A stretch of 64,000 nt of DNA from Lama guanicoe. Its lineage: Eukaryota. Positions 1 to 12,999 of the stretch are shown in pieces (the stretch's first letter is position 1; every line of letters begins with the position of its first letter). Location of the stretch: positions 3,981,101 through 4,045,100 of the forward strand of contig MU057202.1 of assembly GCA_013239625.1 (NCBI GenBank), written 5' to 3'. The notes beneath the pieces were generated by a model that saw only the letters and a list, made by a program, of their open reading frames with translations, had not been told where the DNA came from and did no database searches. A program made the position numbers and the translations under genes.

Positions 1-250
1 GTGTACCTGTTGGCCATCTGTGTGTCTTCTTTGGGAAATGTCTAGTCAGGTTCTCTGCCCACTTTTTAATCCGGTTACTTGGGTTTTTTGCTATTGAATT
101 GTATGAGTTTCTCATATATTTTGGATATTAACCCCTTATCAGATAGATGATTTGCAAATATTTCCCCCATCCTGTTCGTTTCTTTTCCACTTTGCGGACC
201 GTTTCTTTTGCTGTGCAGAGCTCTTTAGCTAGGTGTGTTCCCACTCATTC
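1..250 (-). mobile_element. L1 (LINE-1) ORF2 3' fragment
   Basis: ggccatctgtgtgtcttctttgg...ggatattaaccccttatcagatagatgatttgcaaatattt is typical antisense L1 sequence. Confidence 0.8.
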
Positions 251-356
251 ATGCCTGGCAGGCGTGAGGGCCTGGGCTCCATCTCTAGTACTCCATTAAA
301 AAGTAAACAAATAGATCCAACTACCTACCCCACAACAAAATTAAAAAAACAAAAAC
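251..356 (+). mobile_element. 5'-truncated tRNA-derived SINE (Vic-1-like)
   Basis: Degenerate B-box region cctgggctccatctctagtactcc, then A-rich linker, ctacctacccc tail and polyA; parallels the copy at 14692. Confidence 0.55.
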
Positions 357-1671
357 CCAAGTGTACGACTGTGGCTGCCTGACTGAGGCAGGAGGGAGGG
401 GTGGGGAGAACTCTCCGGCACCCTGTGGAGGCAGGACGGCCCCTAAAGGTGCCCCTCGTTCCCGGAACCTGCGCCTGTGCTGCGCCACCTGGCCCACGAG
501 ACCAGGGTGGGCCCATTGAATAGTCCACGCCCTTAAGTGAGAACTTCCTCCGGCCGGGGATGCGGGGCTGTGTGAGGGCTCCACACAGGCTAGGCAGGGC
601 AGTGCGGCCTCAGGCGGAGCCTGTGGGGCCCCGGGAGGGCCAGCCACCCACCTGGACCTTGACCTGAGGACCGGCTTGGTCTTGCCACCTCAGCGATTGT
701 GGTCATTCTTCGAGGGAGGGAGAAACTCCCACGCGTACTGTTTAAAACCGTCTTGATCATTGAACTCTGTGAGTATGTTACCCTTTCAAAACAAAAGAGG
801 CAAACGCAAAAATCAAAATTAAAGAGGGCAGCCCTGCAGTGGGCAGTTTTGTTCCAAGGAGGAGAAGCGGGGGTTTTAAATGTTTACGCTCAACATTGAA
901 CGCACCCTAAACACAAGACCATACCTGTGCTGACCAAACATTTAAGGAGCATTTATACAAAGTATTTATTTACACAGCTCAGCAGGGGAGTGATCGGCCC
1001 TGAGAGCCTGCGGAAAGGGGTAAGATGGCCTCTTTTAGTTCTGCCTGACGCCCCTGGAAACGAACAGCCCTCCGTAAAGCCACAAGCCCAGGTACGTGAA
1101 TGTGTTCCCTCGATCTAGGGTCCCTGCGAAGGCCTCTGCCGCTCCCAGGCACCCCCACAGCCTGAGCCCCCGCTCACCACACAGTGCTCCTCCTGGCTGC
1201 CCCGCCGTGGACACCACCGCTCCCCGACGCAGGCCGGCCAGTGGCCCCGAGCTGGAAGCTGCATCTGGCGCCAGATCACAGAGGGGGCCTCCCAACGCCC
1301 CACCCCCAGCCTCCTGAGTGTGGACTCTGCCCAGGAGGAGAGGGAGGGGAGGGATAGACCCCCACCCCACTGGACGAAGAGTCTGTAGCCTCTTCTTAAG
1401 GATGATTAACTAGATGGCACCTGGGGATCCAGCGTTGCTCTCCTGATACAAAGTGCAGTGCGGGGGGTGGGGGGCTCTTGGCGCTGGCTTCTCTATTGGT
1501 CTCAGGAACAGAATTCTGAAACCATGACTTTTCCTAATTAAAAAAATGTATTTATTGTAGGTAGTGAGTGTGGTAAACGCACATGGTGCAAACATACAGG
1601 AGTCATGGGAAGCTGTGATGGCCCCCCGGCCCTGCAGACGTCTGCTTGTCGGTGTACAGAGAGCCTCCCCA

Positions 1672-1790
1672 TTTCTTTTTGGGGGGGGAGGTAATTAGGT
1701 TCATGTATTTATGTATGTATTTTTAGTGGACGTGCAGGACCCTGTGCCCGCTAAGCGCGCGTGCTACCACTGGGCTCTGCCCTCACCCCA
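1672..1790 (-). mobile_element. tRNA-derived SINE (Vic-1-like), internally deleted
   Basis: ggggggaggtaattaggtt...ctaccactgggct is the reverse complement of the tail and A-box of the 14692 copy. Confidence 0.7.
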
Positions 1791-3649
1791 CTTCTTAACA
1801 GCTGCAGCGAACACCTCAGTTTGTAGGCTCCTCGCCCAGGTGGGCTCGAGCGGGGACTCCTGGGGCAGAGAGGCGTCCTCGTGTGTGTGCGCTGTGTCTG
1901 TGGGGCCATTTCCCAGAGGGGGCGACCTCGCTCAAAGGGCAGATGCAGGTTTGATTTTCACTGACTTTTGAAGTTTACCGCTCAGGCTGGTCCCAGAACG
2001 GGACCTTGCCGTGGTTTCGTTGCCTTTTTCTCACTCGAGTGAGGTTCAGGGCGTTTGTTTGTTACTGTGTCATCTTTTCGTTCATGCCCTTTGCCTGTTT
2101 TTCTGTTGAGTTGCTTCTTTGAAAAACGATTTGAAGGAGCTCCGTCTGCAGGATGCAGAAGTACCTCTTCCTGCTTGTCGCTGGCTCTGTACCCTCTGCT
2201 GTGGCTGCTGGCGGGGCCGTGTCCGTGCTTCTCTCTGCCGCCCTCTGATTTTCCTTCCAGTGCTTTCTGACTTCTGGCATCGAGCGAGACGTTGATCGGC
2301 AGTGTTTGTAGACTGTGAGGCAGGGTGTCCAACCTGGCCTTTTTTCAGACGGCTCTGTCCTTTCTCAACACGATGCTTTAAAAGCCCACTGGTTCGATGC
2401 GCCACTGCTTCCATATACCGGCTACTCTCGTGTGTTCTCAGCGGGGCAGCGAGTTGTGGTGGGTCAGCCCGCATCCGCCACGTCTGTTCTGCAGCATGGC
2501 GCGTATCCCGGAGGAAAATCAACGGTTTCATCCCCCACTCCCGTCCCTCACTTTTGGACGTTAGGTGGATGAAAAGCAGCCTCAGTCTTCCCACACGATA
2601 AAGTGGGCACAGGCTGTTAGCAGTCCATCCGCTACTGCTTCTGGGGCATACACTTTGTGCCTGGCCTAGAGATGTGGTTGTGGGCAAGACAAATGTTGCC
2701 CCTGACTGCAGGGGCTTATGCGTGAGTGGGGTCCGGCCACAGCAGCAGACCCTCACCAAGGAGTCTGAGGGAACTGCAGGGTCAGTGGGGTCGCGGGAGG
2801 CAGTGAACCCCCACTAATGGTGAAAGCAAAGACTTCCCGGAGGTGATAGCAACTAGATGAGACTGGAAGGACGAGGGAAAATTACAGTCAGCCAGGCGAA
2901 GAGGTGGGGAGAGAGTTGGGGACCTTTGGCTGGGCTGAGGGCCTCTTACACCCTGGGAGGAGGGTTCACCATCCCAGGCCTTGGTGTGCAAGGCAGCATC
3001 AGTCCCGTCAGCTCAAGGCTTGCTGTCAAGCCACACACCCCGTGGGCAGAGCCGCTGCTGAGGTGGAACCCCTGTTGTTAGTTTACCCTGCAAGCAATCG
3101 GCCGGCCAACCTGGGGCCAGCTTGCTGGGCCTGCAGGAAAGGGGCCAGGCAGCTTGGGGCGGGGTGCCCATGGGTCTCCTGCCGAGCCCTCTCCTGGAGC
3201 CTGGGGTCTGACGCTTGGGCTCTTGGGCACCCAAGAGTGACCAGGGTGGACGCAGCATTGCTCCTGCCCCCGAGCCTTCCTCCCTGACCAAACACCAGCC
3301 AGGCTCCTCTGAGACCCCTTCCGCACAGGCCTCCACCCTGGCCAGTGAAGTTTTGAACAGATACTAATATTGTTTCCATCAGCTCAAAAAGTCCAGTCTG
3401 CTGAATTTCACTTGCTCACATGTCTGCAGTCGCTACATAGATGAGATGTGACGTGTTTCTGTCCACCCAGACACTTCCCTTGGGCCCTCCCAGTCCACAG
3501 CCTGCGTCACCCAGGGACTAACGCACAGCACCCTTCTGGATTCTTCCCATGCACGACCTTCGTCCACGTTGCGTGTGTCACCTACAGATGGAGGTCAGGG
3601 GGCTCCCTGCACTGTTGTGGTGACGGCTCTGTTGAGACACAGCTGCATG

Positions 3650-4550
3650 TCATCTGCTGTGCCCCGAACGTTTGTGCCCCCATCCGTGTGTTGAAGTCCT
3701 AACCCAGATGAGGTGGCAGTAGGCATGGGGCTCATGGGCCTGGTCGGGGGAAGCAGTGTCTTTGAAGGCAATTGGGCTGCGTTCCCGGAACTGCTGTAAA
3801 AGTCACATGACCTCTGACCCAGTAACTGCAGTTCTTGGAGTGTATCTTCCAAGAGCATTTGCAGGGCAAGCCTCCTCTGATCTCTGGGGACCCTGTGATG
3901 AGTGTGCCCTGGGCTTGCCCACAGCGGGAGGCTTCGCAGCGGCCCAGTGCCGTGGAGGGCAGCCTGGGCCTGGCAGTGTCCACCCGAGTGGCAGACGCAC
4001 TGGCCCTGAGCAGGTGTGCACACGTGCCCCGGAGACGTTCACCAGAGCCGGGGCAGAAACGGCCCCATCTGTTAGCATTGCTGTGTGAGAACTAACCCCA
4101 AACTCAGCACTTACAACAGCCCTGTTATGCGCTCACAGACCCGTGATTGAGGGGCGAGGGCTGGGCCTCAGTAGGGGACCACCAGAGCCGAGAGCAAGAG
4201 TGTCAGTGGACAAGGTACACGCCGTCCTGGACTGAGTGGTGGCTGAAACAGACTTGGGGACTGGGGGGCTAAAGCAACAGAGAGCGATGGCTCACAGGCC
4301 CGGGGGCTGGAGGTGCGGTGTCCGGTGGGGACCCACCTGCTGGGGTGAAGACACCTGCCTTCCCACTCCGCTCTCGTGCGGTGCAGGGCTATCTTCTCTC
4401 TCTGGTCTATTACAAGGACACTGACCATTTCAAGAGGGTTCCATCCTCTTGACTTAATCACCCCAAGGACCCCACCTCCTGAAGCCGCCACACTGGGAAT
4501 CAGGGATTTGACACATGAATTCCGGGGAGACCCAGACATTCAGTCCACCG
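3650..4550. mobile_element. MLT1/MaLR LTR fragments
   Basis: tgttgaagtcctaaccc; caaactcagcacttacaacagc; gacttaatcaccccaaggaccccacctcc...acatgaattccggggagac...cattcagtcca are MLT1-type hallmarks; boundaries approximate. Confidence 0.6.
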
Positions 4551-4904
4551 CTCAGACCCTGCATCAGAAACATTTGGTGTCACCTCGACCACACCCCATT
4601 GTCCACAGGCAGATCACAGACTCAGGCAGAGCGCCAGATACCACCCCCAGTGGAGGGGGGGCCAAGGCCGGTTGAGTTACTGGGGGAAAATACCGCCTGC
4701 CACGCACCGAGGGCCCCGAGCTGGAGGCAGGCCGGCCGGTGAAGGACTGCACAGCAGTGAAAACCAGGAGCAGCCCCGTGAAACCCTGGCGGGAAGTGCG
4801 GTGAGGGCGTGGTAGGTGGAAGAGCCACAGGGTCCCAGGGGCTGGGACTGCCCGTGGACGTGGGCAGAGGCCCCATTGCTGTAAGTCACCACACTGTACA
4901 TACA

Positions 4905-5400
4905 TTTTTAATAGCTTTATTGAGATATTGTCACATGCCATAAAACTCACCCCTTTCGTGTGTCCAGCTCAGTGGGTTCTAGCGCATTCGGAGTTGTGCG
5001 GTCATCGCACTAGTCAACCTCTGGAACATTTTCACTGTCCCGAGTAGAACCCTGGCGCCCGTCAGTCCTCCGCACCCCATGGCTCTGGTGGCGGCCAGCT
5101 GCCTCCTGCCTCTGTGGACTTGCCTGTTCGGGGCGTTTCATGTCCGTGGGCTCACGCCGTGCGCCTTTTGCGCCCCCTTCCTTCACTGAGCATCGCCTCT
5201 GCCAGGCTCATTCGTGTTAGAGTGTGAGCCCGTTTCCTTCCTTTCTGTGGCGGAACAACAGTCCCTGTGCGGCTGGACTTCACTTGCCTCTTCCGCAGCC
5301 GATGGGCTGGGGTTGCTGCCACTTTTCGGCTGTTGTGAACGTCTGCGGAGGCACCTAAATGTCTCACACACTTCTTGGTGTATCTGTCAGATTCCGCAGG
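4905..5400 (-). mobile_element. Old L1 (L1M-type) 3' end
   Basis: ttttaatagctttattgagata...ccataaaactcacccctt...ctctgtggacttgcctgtt resembles the L1MB-type 3' UTR, with many AT-to-GC changes. Confidence 0.7.
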
Positions 5401-8400
5401 TAAAACGTACAGTACAACGAATGAAGGAGGCTGGCGGGTGCCTGCGTGGGGCTGTCTCTGAGGTCTGCGCTTGTGAAGCTGGATGAGGCAGACAGCACCA
5501 GCGGGACGAGATATGTCCTCTCCCGGCCCCTGGGCAGCCGGCCGGACACTGGGAGCGGGTGGAAGGGCGCCGGGAGGCTGAGAGGAGAGGGTCAGCTTCT
5601 TGGCACAGCAGCTCCCATTCCCCTCCTCACTGATCCCCCCTCCCCTCCCCTCGCCTCTCCAGCTTGAGAGAACCTGGCTTCTTGGGGCGGAAATGGGGCA
5701 TTTTTACCTTCCTGGGAGAGGCCTGGGAGGAGAGGCAGGTGGCCGGGTGGGGCCAGCGCAGCTGCGAGGTCCCGGCAGTGAGCTCGTCCAGCCCAGGCGT
5801 GCCTGGCTGGGGAGAAGCCGGCACCATCTCAGAGGCCACTGGGAGGGTGAGTGGGCTGGGGGCCAAGGGGCTGCCGGGGGCTGGGGGTCTGCCACCCAGG
5901 GAGGCGCTGTCAGGAGGGGAGGTGGCTGGTGCCCGGGCTTGGCAGGGCATAGCTGGGCGACGTGCAATCCCAGGTGGCAGAGCTGTAGTCAGCCCCTCGG
6001 CTTTCGGGGAGACTGGGGCTCCCAGCATTTCTCTGTGCCTGGACTGTGAATCGCTCCGCCTGCTGTGGTCTTTAGGTCGAGGTCCAGACGCCCTGAGGCT
6101 GGTGAGGCCCTTGCCGGCCGCTCTGGCTTTCCTCTCCTCATCCCTGCTGTCTTCTGTCTAGAACATTCCTCACCTGCTACTCGCCCTTCCAGATTCAGCT
6201 AGCTTGTCCCCTTCCTCCAGGAAGCCTTCCTGTTCTGGAATTCTGCTTGGCTGCCTGCTGGCTGCCCTGCCCACCGCGGTCCTGCCAGCAGGTGGAGAGG
6301 GTTTGTTGAAGGAAGGAAGGAGTAGATAAGTGTGTGAATGAGTCAAAGTGGGCTTTTCCCGCAGGAGCCGGTCTGGGCCGACGAGGAGGCTTTTCTGATT
6401 CTCAGGGAAAGCTCAGAGCGTTCTGCTCCCCGTCGGCACAGCCTGTCTTGCGGCAGCAGCACGAAGTACTGGTGGGCTGTAATCTCTGCATCTAACACAG
6501 AGGCGTCTCCTCTATTCCGCTTCCCCCTTTCGCCTACGTGGGCCGCAGGGCTCGAAGCTGGGGCTCAGGACCCTCTGAGGAGGTGTCCCACCTGGGCCGG
6601 TCTTGCCTCCTCCTTGAGACGGGGCGCGGTCAGCTTCCCCTTTCACCAGTTAGGGTCTTGGATTTTATCTCACAAGGTAAACAATGGTTTAAAGATTAAC
6701 AATCTTACAAGGTGCCTGTGTCCCTTATCTTTTCCCTCACTCAGTCCCCTCCTTTCTGTGGACACTGCTGTCACAGCCACTGAGAGGTGACAAAGTTTAA
6801 CTCCCTACGCGCCACAGGAAGGGCCTTTCAGGAGGGTCATGGGACATCCTAGGGAGGGGGCGCTGGGCACTGCGGGGTTGTGCTGGATCGGCTTGGGGGG
6901 GGCCCTGCCTGGGCCCTGGGAGCTTGGAATCCACACCCCTTTTATCCCACAGAGCCACCTTCATGGGGGAGGGAACACGTGTAGTGTCTCCCCTGAGAGT
7001 CAGTGAATCATCGCGGGCCTGTGTCCAGCCCAGGGAGGTGGTGGCTTGGTGCCACTGCGGGAGAGGGCATCTGGTGCCCCACAACGTGCAGCTGTCCCCC
7101 CCGATGTGGCCCCGTCCAGCCCCCAGTCTCCTGACTTACTGGTGAATCCAGTCCTGCATGTGGGTTCACAGCTCTGGAGACGGGGAAGGTGAGGGGTGGG
7201 GACGAGGGTCCCTTCTGCGTCCAGGAAGTGAAGTCGGGCCACATCTGATGACAGCACCCCCGGGGCAGTTCTGAGAGGCCAGCCTGGAGGGCAGCCTCAG
7301 ACTGTGGGACCAAGGGCTCCTGGCTCCCTGGGGACAGAGTGGGCCTGGGAGGCCTGGGCCGTTCTGGGTCGTTCAAAACAGGGAGGTGATAATAGTGGAC
7401 ACACCACTCTGGAGCCTCCAGGACCCTTGGCCTGGGCTCGAGTCCCGGCTCTGAGCCATGCGGCCTGGGTGTGCACAGCCCTAGCCTCAGCTTCTGCAGC
7501 CCCTGAGCAGCCCCACCGACCCTCAGAGGGGCCTCCGGGCCACAGTGTGGGACCCTGCCCAGCCAGCAGAGGGCAGCAGTGTTGGTGCCACCTGGGGCCC
7601 TTGCCCAGGGCTGTGGGTCTGAGGACCGCAGGCAGCCCCAAGGGGGACCCGAGGCCCTGGCCTCGCCCCAGCGTGTCCACTGGCCTCAGGCCAAGCTCGG
7701 GGCTCCAGGCCCATTTCACAGAAGGGACACAGGACCCCACACACGGAGCTTAAGAGACCTCTAGTATTTTCCTAGGAGGATCTCCTTCAAATCCTGAGTG
7801 TCCCCGTGTACAGTTCAGGGGACAAGGCCAGCCCCAGTGGGGGGCCCTAGCCCGCCCGGCCCCCGCCCAGCCCAGCGGCCACACTGCTCTGCACAGGAGG
7901 GCCAGGCCAGGGGCTGTCTGTCACTGTGCTGGGACAGGGGCTGGACACAGGGCGGTGCCCTGGACGGTGGGCCTGTGCCAGGGTGGGGCTGGGGGAGCTG
8001 CTGGCAAGGAGGAGGTGCCCACAGCAGGGTCTCCTGTGCCTGCTGGTCCAGCACTCGCTGGCCTCAGAATTGCTACGAGCCCCCCTAGGGCTGCACCCCC
8101 AGCCTGGGACAGGCCCCAGCAGGCGCTCTCGAAATTTTCCTACAGTGTCTCCTATGCTCAAATGCAGGAGTCAACAACTAAACTGGAGACCTAGTGTCCC
8201 TGACAGGACCTCAGTCCCGTGGCTGACAGTGTGGACGCAGGGGGCCTGCCTGGGAGGAGCCCAGAGCCAACCGAAACCACCTGGCCGCTGTGGTCCCCGA
8301 GGCCGGGCCAGGGGCTGTGCCGCACGCTCCCCGTGGGCCTGACTGGTCCTAGAAGCTGAGGGCAGCGCAGGGAGTGAGGGTGGAGCCTCCAGGGACAATA

Positions 8401-10904
8401 CACCGACTAGGAGAAACCCCGCCCGACCGCAGAGGCGTGCATTCTGGGTAGGGGCAGCAGGGGGATGCCCGTCCCTGCCCATCGACTTCCTTATGAAACA
8501 CGTCAAGGACAAATCTAGGAATTTCAGGGCGGCGACAGCAGTGCCAAACTGCACGTGGTGCTGGCGTTTCTTGGGCCCTGGCGGCCAGCCTGGGGTGGGT
8601 GGTGACGTCTCCTTGCCGGCCCACGGTCGGGTCCCGGGAGTCCGAGCACCGCTGCCAGGTCTCACCTGACACCCAGGTCGGCAGGGCTCAGGGCTGCTCC
8701 GGGGCCCTGAGGTGCCCAGAGTCGGTGGGGATCCCAACCCCCGTCTCTGTGCAGAGTGGGAGGCCCCTTGAACCCTCTTTTTCTTTTTAATCAAGTTGAC
8801 GTTTCCATTTTACTGCACATGCTAAAAATTTCAAACAGACTAAAAAGTAATGACATTAAAAGTGGAAATCTTTCTTCCTCACTCCTGGTCCTCAGTGCCT
8901 CCTGCCCTTCTGGCGGCCCCTAATGTTGTTTCTGGTGACGTCAGGGCCCTGGGCAGACCCTGTAGGGGAGTTCTGCTCTCTGCCCTTTGTGGCCCCAGAG
9001 TGGCGGGGTCCCGTGTGTCCACCAGACCCTGGTCTGGGTGTCCAAAGAACACTCACACCTTTTTCTCCCTGCCCCAGCCCTACTCCCGGGCCCCTGCCCT
9101 GCCTGCCTGCAAACAGGCCAGCCCGCCAGGGGCAGGGAGGGCCAAGGGAGTTGACTTACTCCAGGGCTTGGCTTGGGGCCTGTCCTCGGAGCCCTGCCCA
9201 TCAGAGACCCCGTCTCACTCTAGATCCCCCTTAAACTCTGAGGTGGGAGAGCACCCCCCACCTACCCCCTCCTCCCAGGTCTGGCATCTGAACCCATGAC
9301 AGGGCCCTGACTGAGGCCCAGGGGGGAGCATAGGTCCCACAGCCTGGGCAAGGTGGGCCGGTGGGGGCTGTCCACCCCCCACTGTGTCCTGGGCCGGGGC
9401 GGGGGGCTGTGCACCCCCCACTGTGCCCCAACCCGGGCTGCTGGGACCCAGGGTGGCCTTGCCATGTGTCCCCCTCCCTGCATGGGGGTGGGACAGCCTG
9501 TGGCCCGCTGGAGTCCACCAGGGTGTGCCGCCCTACCCTAACCTCAGAATCCTGAAACCAATTAGTGAAGCCAGGCCCCAGCTGGGCCGGGTCTCCACAC
9601 AGACCTCGCCCTGGTTTTGAAAATCCCGTGTGTCTGCCAGAGGACATTCCGATCCCTGACTGCTTCTGATCCCCTGTAGCGGGAATGTTACGCACATAGA
9701 ACCGGGGCCCCCTGACTCCGGGCCAGGCGGGAGAGACAGAATGCTTTCTGGCCCTGGGACATGTCACGCTCGCCCCCAGGGAATGAAGGTGGTGGGCAGG
9801 GGGCAGGGCCGGAGAGAAAGCACGTGGGTTGGAATCCCCAGGTCCAGAGGTGCCCAGCCGACCGCCACCCATGGGTGCCGGGGCCTTGGCGGGAGGGGCT
9901 CAGGGCCCCAGGTGTCCTCCATCAGCCTCCTCCCCTATGACTCCTCACTCAGCACCCCCACCGGATGCCAACAGCTCGCCTGAGAGAACCCCTGCGTTAT
10001 TGTCTGGGGACCCCGATTGCCTGTCACCCAGCCCCACCCTGCCTGCCCTGGGCCCGAGGCCCAGCCTGGGGGTCAGAGGGCGCCCAGACCCAGACAGCTG
10101 GCGGGCTGAGTGTGTGCCTGTGTGGTGTGTCTACGGAAACCAGAACCAGCTGACACGTGTGAGGCATTAAGCCCCTCGTTCTGCTCTCCGAGGCGTGCAA
10201 TGAAGGCCCCTGGGGGACTTGCTTTGTGTGCAGGGCGGCTGACTGCAGAACTCAGGGGAGGGATGGAATTTGAGAAAAACAGAAACAAACCTCCAGGCCT
10301 CGTGGCCCTGAGCGGAGCCCGGGGCTGCACCTGCCCCGCCCGCCGTCCTGGGGAGCATAGGGAGCCCGTCTCCTCCCAGCGCTGAAGAGCCGCCTGGGAA
10401 TGGAGTGCTGCAGGTACCTGCATCAGTGAGCACCTGCTGTGTGCCCAGCGAGACTGAGCTTGAACCGAGCAGAGACAAGCTCACCAGGTGCCCAGCAGGG
10501 GAGCGCCTCGTGGGCTGGGAGGGGAGGCCTTGATGGGCTGGGGCTCCGGGTGCTCAGGGCAGTTGGAGGGCCTTGTGGGAGCACCTTGGGGACCTGCTGC
10601 TGCTTAGGAGGAGGTCACAGGGCTCAGAGCGGTGGGGGCAGCAGGGGGGCCGTGCGGTGCCCTGGGAGAGTGGGCGGCAGGGAAGGAAGGGGGGGCAGAT
10701 CCTGGCAGCTGGGTAGACAGTGTGTCCTCCGCGAGCACACTGGGGAGCGAGGATTTGGGGGCAGAGGTCTGGGTGGAGGCCTCATGTCTGGGCCTGGGGA
10801 CACCCCAGTGCAGATGTAGCCTGGTCTGGGCCTTCTGTGTGCCCTGCATGGGGCTGAGGGCAGGGCTACAGGCCCCCAGGTGGCACAGTGATGACAGGGA
10901 AAAG

Positions 10905-11372
10905 GCTAAGTGTGTGTGTGACAAGACATGCGGCTGTACCCGCAAGAGGACAGGCCAGCGAGACTGAGAGCCATGTCTGTGAGCTCGTGCTGCGTGTCGG
11001 TGCTGGCGCCTCATGCTCGTGTGCGTGTCCACGCATGCACGTCTGCGTCTGCGAGTGCAGGTGTGCTTACCTGTGCACAAGTCTGCGTGAGTGTGTCTGC
11101 GCACGCAGGTCTGGGACGTTCATGTGCAGGCGTGTGCATGGTGTGGGTCACGGGTAGGTAGGTCTCCACGGTGCAGATGTGGACGTGGGGGAGGTCTGTG
11201 TTGGCTACGTTGGTGTCTGAGGCGTGGGCGTCTTTGCATGTGCGTGGTTGTGTGTGCATCTGTATAACTGTGTGTGGATGTGGGTGTGCTCTGTGGCTGG
11301 GGTGGGTGTGTGGTTAGCTGTGTTTGCGTGTTTCTCTGTGTGTGTTGCTGCTGCACCATAGCGTGTGTGTTC
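10905..11372. repeat. Degenerate (TG)n/(GTGC)n simple repeat
   Basis: About 470 bp of alternating purine-pyrimidine TG-rich sequence. Confidence 0.8.
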
Positions 11373-12999
11373 TTAAGGGAGGGGGTGTCATGGATTCGGG
11401 ACCTCCGTGCTGCTGTGGGCTGTGTCCTGACCTGGGACTAGCCCACGGGGGGCGGGAGTGCAAGTGAAACCTTGGTAAGAGGGGCTTCCTCGAGCGCCTA
11501 ACACGGCACAGTTTTGGTGGAACAGTCCTCGCCGAGCTCCAGGCTGCTCCCTGGACACGAAGCTGTCTGCTGGGTCTCTTCTCGGCCCCTGCCCTGTGGG
11601 CCTGGCTGAACTGTAACAGCACTCTTCCGTTTTTGTGCTTATTTTCACCGTGTTCCCTCTGTTTATGGCAAGTGATGTTGATTTTTCCAGTTAATAATTA
11701 CTGTCTTTATTTAAATAAGTGATGGCGATTTAAGGCACAGCATGAAGGGCACTCCTGAAAGCAGAGTTTGAGACAGGCTCCGACGTCCTCCCAGGTACCT
11801 GAGCGGGGGAGCGTCCGTCCTTGGCGTCCATCCCCGGAGATGTCTCTGCACTAACGCGGCACATGGGGCAGGCAGAAGGGCTGGGGTGGAAGATGATGGT
11901 CGTGCTCCTCCAGCAGCCGGATGAGGTTAGGGTGCCCCACCCCCATCACAGACACGGGAGCCTGGGACGGGAGGACAGCCCCGGTCAGTTCTCTGCGGCT
12001 GCATGACAGACCATCCTAGGACCCCACAGCCAGCGCAGCAACCACCGGCCGGACTCTCATTCCAGCTGGTCTCTGGCCCACAGAGCCTGGCTTCAGCTGT
12101 CACCTGCAAGCCAGCGTCCAGCTGTCAGCTGGGCCGAGCTGGGCCGGTGGCCAGGTTCCCGGGGTGGGGTGCTAGGACAGAGCCCAGAGATCGCACCTGC
12201 CGCCTTCTCTCTGTGGGTCGAGCCAGCCACGCCCTTACTCCCTGATGGATGCTAGGAGGGCACGTGGTGGGGAGACACCACCAGAAAACCCAGGACTGTT
12301 GTGCTTTTAGCAAAGCACGAGTGGGTCTCCTGACTGCTCTCCTGAGAGTGGACCTCCAGAGCCAGACGTACCGGCCAGGCCCTCTTGCTCGCTGAGCCTC
12401 ACAGGACAGGACCACATGGGAGCTGGGGCCACACGTGGCCTCCCGCGCAAGCGGATGGAACAGGAATTAGAAGCAGTAAGGCTGAGGGAGTCTTCTGGAG
12501 ACACCACCCAACCGCGTCCTCTGGGTCAGAAGGTCGGCCCGGGGCAGGGACTTGGCCTGAGCATCCTTTCAGGTGGGAGCAAGGGCTCAGGCAGAACCCA
12601 CAGGATGAAGGGAGGCGGCCTCGGCCGGGGGATCTCAGCCCATTTCGGGGACTGAGAAATCGGATGGAGTGGAGTAAGGGAGCCCGTCGGAACGTTCACG
12701 GAGGGGCTGCGGGGGCAGCCGCCTAGCTAAGACCAGAGAGGAGCCCAGCTCACACACGGCAGGAGTGGGTGGAGGTGAGGGACACGCCGGAGGCTGGGTT
12801 GTCAGCAGCTGGACGGTGGGTAGCGGACCCCCAGAGCCCTCTTACGCAGATGCACAACCCTGCTGGCCCACAGCCAGACTTACTCTGGAGGGAAAAATAC
12901 CAGGAGGTCCTTCCCTTAAAGTATTTCCTGATTTCGACAGTAGTTGCTGTCGAAAGTGCTTGTGCCAAATTCTGGCATTAAGAGATCCCACCGTAATGT

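Noticed and set aside
9363-9437. 39-bp direct duplication with G5/C6 mini-hairpins
   Set aside because: Two-copy local duplication typical of GC-rich subtelomeric DNA; no sign of function
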